From Ginkgo biloba (lineage: Eukaryota; Plantae; Ginkgophyta), in NCBI GenBank assembly GCA_024626585.2, contig JANKJI020000002.1, forward strand, positions 95,850,793-95,867,708: a stretch of 16,916 nt of DNA. Reading direction: 5' to 3'. The notes under the pieces are model-generated. The model was not told the origin of the DNA and made no database searches. It saw nothing but the letters and a program-made list of their open reading frames with translations. Below, one piece after another: positions 9,016 through 16,916 of the stretch (the first letter of the stretch is position 1; each line of letters begins with the position of its first letter). The position numbers and the translations under genes are program-made.

Positions 9016-10395
9016 AATTCATTTCCCAGAAGAATTAAAATTGCATCAATATTGGCTTTGCAATGTTAAAACGTTTTGCATATCAGATAGCATCGCTATG
9101 CCTATGCATACTCTCGAGACTAACTGGAAATGATATTTAGAATTATATCAAATCTTCTCTTGAAGAAACTTATTTCACAAATAATCCATATAACATTTTG
9201 CTTATTTTATTGTGCATCTTTCTTTGTTTTCTAGTAGGAAAGTGGGTCACCAAATGTTTTTCTACCACAGCCCTTTATTTTGCAGTTACATGTTACAGAT
9301 TTTTACATATAACTTATGTATTGAATAAGTTTTCTGCTACTAATTTGCTTTTAATAACATGGCCCATAGAAACCATCACCAAATTAGCTACGACAACCAC
9401 TGTACAATTGTGATTCATATAGCATCATATGAGTTTTACTTGAGGAAAAATTCATTCCTTGTCAGTACATACTTACATTGGAAATCCACCTTTAAAAGAG
9501 GTAAGTTATGTAGCTAATCAAACACAATCACATGAGAAAGGGAAATGATTTGAACCATGTTTTGTTTTTCATATGCTTTCTAATAATTAACTGCATCCTC
9601 TGATTTAGAGGCCTGCAAATGTTTGTCATATTTGTCCATATTTACAAACTGATCGCAAATATCTAATTAACATTGCAAGGCCCAATTGGACACACATTTT
9701 AAACCACTGCAGATGGAAAAATTATAATGTANNNNNNNNNNNNNNNNNNNNNNNNNNNNNNNNNNNNNNNNNNNNNNNNNNNNNNNNNNNNNNNNNNNNN
9801 NNNNNNNNNNNNNNNNNNNNNNNNNNNNNNNNNNNNNNNNNNNNNNNNNNNNNNNNNNNNNNNNNNNNNNNNNNNNNNNNNNNNNNNNNNNNNNNNNNNN
9901 NNNNNNNNNNNNNNNNNNNNNNNNNNNNNNNNNNNNNNNNNNNNNNNNNNNNNNNNNNNNNNNNNNNNNNNNNNNNNNNNNNNNNNNNNNNNNNNNNNNN
10001 NNNNNNNNNNNNNNNNNNNNNNNNNNNNNNNNNNNNNNNNNNNNNNNNNNNNNNNNNNNNNNNNNNNNNNNNNNNNNNNNNNNNNNNNNNNNNNNNNNNN
10101 NNNNNNNNNNNNNNNNNNNNNNNNNNNNNNNNNNNNNNNNNNNNNNNNGGTAAATTTCTTGCTCTGAGTTGGGTTTCAAAGCTTGTAGGTCAAGGTGATA
10201 TTTTTGCATTCGCAATAAGAAAAATCATTTGAATCCTTGCAGCTATCTAACTCATTTTGCTTTTAACCTAAGGAACCACTCCTGACATTACATTCTGAAT
10301 GGATATATATAAGCAAGCAAGAAAACATTACATCAAACAACTATACTGTTACAAAATTAGTACCTCAATAAAGGAAAATAGTCTGCAAGTACTGT

Positions 10396-10494
10396 TCATT
10401 TATTTTGCACCAATCTGTAGTGAAGGCATAAATCATCCGGCTTTTTCCATATATATGTCTGCACTGTTGCCAAACTTGTCTCTGGTGACAGCAC
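10396..10494 (-). CDS. WDR48: WDR48 last coding exon (end of the C-terminal SUMO-like/ubiquitin-fold domain)
   Basis: Acceptor ggccAG|GTG after a 183-nt intron. 99 nt encoding VLSPETSLATVQTYIWKKPDDLCLHYRLVQNK*, which matches the conserved WDR48 terminus VLxPxMSLATVRxxxWKKxxDLxLxYR. Confidence 0.93.
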   Translation of the reverse strand: MLSPETSLATVQTYIWKKPDDLCLHYRLVQNK

Positions 10495-10677
10495 CTGGCC
10501 AGAGTACATTTGAATGTGAGAGCAGAGTGTGTGGATTCAAAAGAAACTTGAGCATGGTAATACATTGTAATGCTATCAAAGGTTGTGTTATCCAAAATTG
10601 GATTTCACCAATCATACTATCAATGTTTAGTACATCAAAAGCCGTCTCAAAACAGTAATGATGACAAGATGTGTCAC

Positions 10678-10872
10678 CTGGTTGTTGCACAGGATCTCCA
10701 CCATTGGTTTTGTCTTCTGCTGCCAAACTCGTAAGCCAGATCTAAGAGAGCTGCCTCCATTTGCTACTGGTTGTGACTGCTTTCCAGTCTGTCCTGAAAC
10801 AGATGCCGTTTCTGTATTGCCTTCATCCAATGGCCTATCCAGAACCATCTTTTCCATCACATAGTTTATAAC
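10678..10872 (-). CDS. WDR48: WDR48 penultimate coding exon
   Basis: Acceptor tttatcAG|GTT after an 85-nt intron, donor CAG|GTGACA. 195 nt encoding VINYVMEKMVLDRPLD...WQQKTKPMVEILCNNQ. Confidence 0.93.
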
Positions 10873-10957
10873 CTGATAAAAATGAATTTTTATTGAATCT
10901 AACTGATCCCAAAACAATTGGAACAATGAACAGAGACAAGAAAAGCACTCAGCATAC

Positions 10958-11051
10958 TTTCTGTACATGAAGTATTCGGGGTGCACTCAGTTTCCCCTGT
11001 GTAAGGACTTGCACAGTTGTTCCCTCATATGGATGCAAGTAAAAGTTGCAC
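10958..11051 (-). CDS. WDR48: WDR48 internal exon
   Basis: Acceptor gtgtAG|G, donor AAA|GTATGC. 94 nt: the first base completes a Lys (AA+G), then CNFYLHPYEGTTVQVLTQGKLSAPRILHVQK. Not represented in-frame in the ORF track. Confidence 0.93.
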
Positions 11052-12584
11052 CTACACATCCCAACATAATTGCAAGCACAGATGATGCAATGTGGACAAT
11101 AGCATCGAAACACAGCTATCCTGATTCTTAACAGTCAAGACTCAACATGGTATCTTTCAATTTCAATTTCAACTTCAAATAATCATATTAAACACTCCAT
11201 TTGAAGTAAGAAATACCAACATAAATTTCTTCAAAATACAAATCACAAGTAGTCTCAAAACCTGTTCATGTGTTCTCTAGGTAGAACCTGTTCTCTACTA
11301 TAGCTGCCCAAATACTACTGTGGCAGCCCACCTAACATTCATAATCAGAATGCCATTAAGAAGAACAAGAGATCACAGAAATAAATGCAAGGGCAGAATC
11401 TGACAGAAATTGCCACTTCAACTAAGGTGAGCAAATATTCAGAAGTTTTAAAAGATTCAGCATAGAATTTTCACTCAAAACTGAAATAGGTCATGGCAGA
11501 GACTTTGAATCACTATATGCCTCATAGATTACCACCTTAGCATAAGTTTGGACAGATGGGCAAGTTACAGCTTTAAGGAGATTAAACACCGGCTATTAGA
11601 NNNNNNNNNNNNNNNNNNNNNNNNNNNNNNNNNNNNNNNNNNNNNNNNNNNNNNNNNNNNNNNNNNNNNNNNNNNNNNNNNNNNNNNNNNNNNNNNNNNN
11701 TCAAATTCTTGACTATGAGCATGTCATGGCTATGTTTCAATACTAACATGAAAGAGGAGCACACAATGAAAAGATATCCTATACTTCTGAGGAGGAGAAG
11801 AGAGGAATGCTATTGTTAAATAATATGAATAGCCAAAAAAGTGCAAAATGAAAGTTCAAAATCCCAAAAGTTAAGATTCATGAAATGATGAACACAAAAA
11901 GGGTCAGGAAGGTGAAGATTCAACAAGGATTGGAAAATACAGTAGTAGCAAAAGAGTTTCCCAAGAGAATCTCACAGGAAGGAAAATCTAACAGAGAACT
12001 CAATATTACTAAACAAACTGTCTATTTCAGGACTTTGCAAAAGGAAAGTAACACAAACTCAAGTAGTTGGTAGCCGGAAATGAAGAGCATAGTAAAAGAG
12101 ATAATAGCTACTAAAGAGAATAGAAACAGTCGAAAGAAAAGTGTCTAAAAAGAAAACAAATAACGAAAGGAAAAAAAGAAGAAATAAGTGCCTATCAGTT
12201 AAAATTCCTTTATCAGTAAGCTACAAATCACAGATTTCTGAGAGAGAAATCTAACAGCTTATAATATCTTCACTTTTGGAGAACTACTTTCAAATTGGAA
12301 GTTTCATGGATATGTTTATGGATTCTCAAAGAAATTCAATAGAACGATATCAAACCCACTATAACCCATTTTCTCATTTCACAGTTCACATGCATTTTAA
12401 GAATATTAGCTAGTGTATAGCAGTGTTTTGTACAACCAGAATAGAGGCAAATATGAATGATAACATGAACCCTCACTCCCTCTCAACACATGCATGCTAA
12501 AATTTTTTAATCCATTCCCATTAAGCCATAATTGTGTCCATTTGCAACAAACCAATCTAATCAGAAAATGAGGATGGGAATTAC

Positions 12585-12949
12585 TTTGACTGCTCTCTAG
12601 GAGGAATTCGACCATGCAATACGCATTCTATACACCACCATGGGAGTTCTTTTTCATCCTCTGTCCCATCCAATTCTGTTATCTTCTTACGCCATGGCCC
12701 TCCTTGAGAACCCTCGGTGATTATAGATGGGGGTGATGTCATTGAGAATTCAAATGCTGGGAGAACTCCTGAATTGCAATTTTCGGCGTCAGCATGAACA
12801 TCTACTTTAGATGAAATATGATTGTTGAGAGCAGCTTCTTGCACTGATGGAACAGTCCCATTAGTTGAAGTTTGTGTTCCCATTTTCTGTCGTCTCCTAG
12901 ATAACCAATGAGCTAAAATCCCATGAAGGGTTTCCTGTGCAAGATTTAT
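12585..12949 (-). CDS. WDR48: WD repeat-containing protein 48 (UAF1/LRS1-like), internal exon
   Basis: Acceptor ttttgcAG|ATAAAT, donor TCAAA|GTAAtt. 365 nt (phase 0 to 2) encoding INLAQETLHGILAHWL...PAFEFSMTSPPSIITEGSQGGPWRKKITELDGTEDEKELPWWCIECVLHGRIPPREQS(K), which matches the plant WDR48 post-WD40 region. Confidence 0.93.
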
Positions 12950-14560
12950 CTGCAAAACCAATAGGCCAAGACACAAGGGGTTGTTTATTGCATGAACCCA
13001 TTTGCAAAATAGAAAGGTGGTTCAGTTGTTAACCATTTTCCTAAACAAAAAGGAATATATATCTTAATAGCTGTGCATAAATCCTTAACCANNNNNNNNN
13101 NNNNNNNNNNNNNNNNNNNNNNNNNNNNNNNNNNNNNNNNNNNNNNNNNNNNNNNNNNNNNNNNNNNNNNNNNNNNNNNNNNNNNNNNNNNNNNNNNNNN
13201 NNNNNNNNNNNNNNNNNNNNNNNNNNNNNNNNNNNNNNNNNNNNNNNNNNNNNNNNNNNNNNNNNNNNNNNNNNNNNNNNNNNNNNNNNNNNNNNNNNNN
13301 NNNNNNNNNNNNACAAGATGTATTCTTGTGCCAGGGTTGATACACCCAACATGTGCAAAAAAATATACAACATAAGTGACAGTGGATGTGCAGAAGTTTG
13401 TGTCAACTTTCATATTAGTCAGCACAGTACATGGTCAAGTGCAAGAAATTGAGAGATCAAACATGAAGCATCGAACTGGTCCAACAAGTTATCAATTGTA
13501 TTTATGAATAATATGATTTAACTGCTCTACAGTTTGCAGCCCTTTCTCGGCAATCTTCAATAGTGCACAATGCAATTCCATATTTAAGAACTTCTGACAT
13601 CACACAATTATTGAATGAACCTAGTCCATTCATGTGTCTCTAATTATTCAGTGTGCAACAAAGAAGATGCATGAAGTGGTGAGACAGAAGATTTATTGGC
13701 AACAAACTGATGCAGGATGACTTGATGTTTGAAACGCAATAACCATTGTACTCAGCTTATGAAATATGGCATGCAACTCATCACACTCATAGGTTATCCA
13801 AAGAAAATCTTCAAGTGCTGGTTGAGGGGTGTCCATGGTTACAAAGTAACAAGAATGTAGAATGGGACGCTAGTATCAGGAATACTAAAAGGCAAAGAGG
13901 CCGTCTATGAGAAATTAGATGATATTGATGGAAATCTATTCACTTTTAGTGGGGGCGCAAGGTAAATACAAGGAAAAAAAATGTCAGCTTAACAATCCAA
14001 AAGAATGATCTCACTACAAATCAGCAATAATCCATCATTATAACTACGTGATGAATGATGAAATACAAATGATTATCTCCAAATAAAACAATGAGCCATC
14101 ATACATACATACATACATATAGGATACCTCCTAATATACTTGTGATTCCCCTATGACTTTCGTTGAGCTATTTACATCAATTGGGGTTCATAGCATCCCA
14201 CCCCAATATGCTTTATTGTTACAGGTCAGACAAGTCAAACAAATCTATTAAAAAACAAGCCCACAAATCAAATGAAATATTCTTACAAATCAAATGTATA
14301 TATTCCTTATCATTAAAATATTCTATATATTCTATTGAAGAGAGACATCATGATTTATTCTCAAAACTTTTGCTAACCAAACTAAATTTGAAGCCAAAGA
14401 TCACATAACACACACATCTTATTTATATCNNNNNNNNNNNNNNNNNNNNNNNNNNNNNNNNNNNNNNNNNNNNNNNNNNNNNNNNNNNNNNNNNNNNNNN
14501 NNNNNNNNNNNNNNNNNNNNNNNNNNNNNATAGAGCAATGTCCTTCTATCCTAGAGTTCA

Positions 14561-14626
14561 CTCTGATACCATGTTAGCTTTTATCAGATTTGTACAAGTA
14601 AGAGCAAAAATGCAACTATTACACAG

Positions 14627-14657
<31 letters not shown>

Positions 14658-14896
14658 GTATGATTTCATTGATGTTATTCAAATACATGAGATGAATAAT
14701 AAAGAAAACATGGGAAGAGATTTTCCCGTAAGTAACTAACTAAGGTAGTTGACATTGCATTTATTGTTGACATTTTATTTTCCTAACATAACATGCTAAG
14801 TGGCTGATATGACTTAATGTTGACATCAACACTTTATTAGAAAGCTACTAACATTACAAAAATAAATACTATGAAATAAACATTACTATCCTAACA
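14561..14896 (-). mobile_element. LTR with adjacent primer-binding site (copia- or TRIM-like remnant), probably inside a WDR48 intron
   Basis: The minus strand reads ...GCTAACA|TGGTATCAGAG (14571-14561), an 11-nt match to the tRNA-iMet PBS directly after the LTR end. The LTR on + starts TGTTAG (14572) and ends CTAACA (14896; alternative 14788). The internal part runs into the 100-N gap after ~30 bp. Confidence 0.7.
14627..14654. repeat. (GA)14 microsatellite within the putative LTR
   Basis: Direct read. Confidence 0.95.
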
Positions 14897-15371
14897 CCTA
14901 TTGCCCATCTATGCCTATCGTCTCAGTACCTTGGCTCGTTTTTCAAGGTGTGCCTATTGTCTATCTTTTGTATGCCATCCATGCTATCTGGAGTTTGTTG
15001 TCTAAACTTGGCCACCTAAAGCTAGTTGTCTGACATGAGCTGTCTAAGGGAGGCCGTCTACATGGGCTATTATGAGGAAGTTGTCCAACCTAGTAATCCA
15101 AAGGAAGCCATTTGCATCAATCGTTTAGGGGAAGCCGTCCGAGTAGTGCATTTCGATGATTTCGTTGTTGAAGCTCGAATTCGTCAAGCCCATACCAAAA
15201 TTGCCTAATAGCCCATTGTTCCTCCTCCATAAGTGGTTCACCTATCTCATAGGGGCAGATTCTAGGATCCACTTGAATAAACTTGTGAAAAAGTGTACTT
15301 TGCCATTACAACCATGAAGAGTCCTTGAAGTCTGGATTGACATACTTGAGTGGGACGTCATCTTCATTACA

Positions 15372-15521
15372 CTATAGAGGATGATATAATATTAACTTAG
15401 AGCCATTTACCAAGCCTTCCCACGCTAATCTATCTAGGTTGGCTAAATGAACTGCCTCATTATCGTGAATGGCAATGACAATGAAAGAGCCTAGACATCT
15501 AATTTTCAACTTACCAAGCTT
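15372..15521 (-). mobile_element. Degenerate Ty3/gypsy integrase C-terminal (GPY/F region) fragment
   Basis: KLGKLKIRCLGSFIVIAIHDNEAVHLANLD...VNGSKLILYHPL* resembles the gypsy integrase tail GKLxxRWxGPFxV...GAVxL...VNGxRLKxY. The upstream residues of the ORF do not look integrase-like. Confidence 0.65.
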
Positions 15522-16916
15522 GATTGTTGATGAAACATTTTTCACCTCATCATTTGACCTATTTCTTATATAATTTTGATCCAAGGATGTTACAACACAG
15601 ACTTCTACAAATTTGACCTTAATAGGTGGACCAAAATCAACGGAGAAGAGTGTATTCATTTTAGCCTTAGAGGACATGTCAAAACCTAAGCTCAATCATA
15701 GGGCCGCATTACAAATATTGCATATGATGATGAAACTACATGGTGAGCTGCTCAAGAGAGAGAAAATTGTGAAAAGCATAGCCAAGTAGGCCCTCCAACT
15801 GAGGGACCTCTCTTCAAGGAGTAATTTAAGAGATTACAATTCCACAGAGGGATTCTCAAGGTTTGGGGCAACCCTAAGGTTAAGCTCAACCTTATGTGGG
15901 AGTTTGTACCCAATTATTGTCATAAAAGGGATTTTTCCTTACTTAAGCAATCCCTAACATCATCTCTTAATTCTATTTTTACAAGGATTTTTGTATCCCA
16001 CGGGATATATTCTATGTTCTAGTTGGGAGGCTTCACCATATAAGTCATCATTTTTCTATTGTAGCTAGTTTCTACATAACTAGAACTAGGATACTATTAT
16101 TATAGAAACTTTTATCAAATAATTTCTCTAAATAGATGCTCAAATTTCTTCTACAGGGCAAGGCAACTGGATTGCAAGTCTTAGATTGAAGTTCTATTGG
16201 ATATTTTGGTTAAGAGAACCTTTAAGAGGAGTCACAAAGATTCTTCATACCCAACAACTAAGTTTTGTAGACTTAACGTTCTTTGTTTAGCTCTCTAAAG
16301 CAAGTTGTAGGTCTTAGAATAACTCAATTAAGATGCTTTGACCCTCAAACAAGTTTGGAATATTTAGATACTTAGTTTGAACTGGTAAGTTTCCATAAAT
16401 TGTATGTATCCAAACCATCATAAATTAATGTAAACAAAATTAGTCTGAAGTCTAAATTTTTGAGTTATGTAAGCTTATATGAATGTTGGAAACCCTAAGA
16501 ATGTATAAATAACTTCTTGGGTTTATGAAAATCTTCATCGTAGAATAGTTCTATAATTTTTATGGTTGAAAATGNNNNNNNNNNNNNNNNNNNNNNNNNN
16601 NNNNNNNNNNNNNNNNNNNNNNNNNNNNNNNNNNNNNNNNNNNNNNNNNNNNNNNNNNNNNNNNNNNNNNNAAATCCACTAAAAGGATGTATGGACTATA
16701 ATGATGGCTATACTAATTCATTTATGTATTTTTGTCCAGCTTGGTACTATACAAATATTATCCCTTGTGATAATTTATTATATTTTTAGAAAAAATGGTA
16801 GTGAGGGTAGGGCTAGAACCCGGAGAACCATTTTATATGCTCTAGTGCTATGAGTTGTGTTCTAGTAGTCATAGTGGTTCATACATCTAGTATAGTTTGT
16901 GGGTCTATATCAAAAA

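Noticed and set aside
10299-10864. Plus-strand and alternative-frame ORFs overlapping the WDR48 exons
   Set aside because: Shadow frames of the real spliced minus-strand CDS.
13790-13870. Minus-strand MDTPQ as the missing upstream WDR48 exon (LDTPQCF)
   Set aside because: The flanking residues (CYFVT-MDTPQ-PALEDF) do not match the conserved context, so this is a chance four-residue match.
16800-16916. Repeated CTAG(T) motifs as a Helitron 3' end
   Set aside because: No convincing GC-rich subterminal hairpin, and the window ends before the context can be judged.

Overview
AT-rich land-plant nuclear DNA from a gapped draft scaffold: ten N-runs, three of them exactly 100 N, which usually marks gaps of unknown size. 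Two convergent genes are recognisable. (1) On +, a BIG GRAIN 1-like (BG1-like) gene appears in two pieces: a 5' part (~4012-4502) and a 3' part (6580-7707). The pieces share an exact 33-bp overlap and are separated by ~2 kb of LTR-retrotransposon debris plus a 100-N gap. Joined at the overlap they give a clean 528-aa frame. (2) On -, the last four coding exons of a WDR48/UAF1-type WD40 gene (12949-12585, 11051-10958, 10872-10678, 10494-10396) have canonical, phase-consistent GT-AG junctions. Its upstream exons are not identifiable in the window. The rest is intergenic or intronic and contains two LTR+PBS(tRNA-iMet) remnants, a degenerate gag-like frame, a Ty3/gypsy integrase C-terminal remnant, short tandem repeats, an unidentified pseudo-exon upstream of BG1-like, and a duplicated micro-exon-like unit downstream of WDR48. 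I found no CRISPR array, RNA gene or clearly novel multi-gene system. The most interesting items are the split BG1-like locus and its apparently combined N-terminal motifs. All family assignments are from motif recognition by eye, not database searches.
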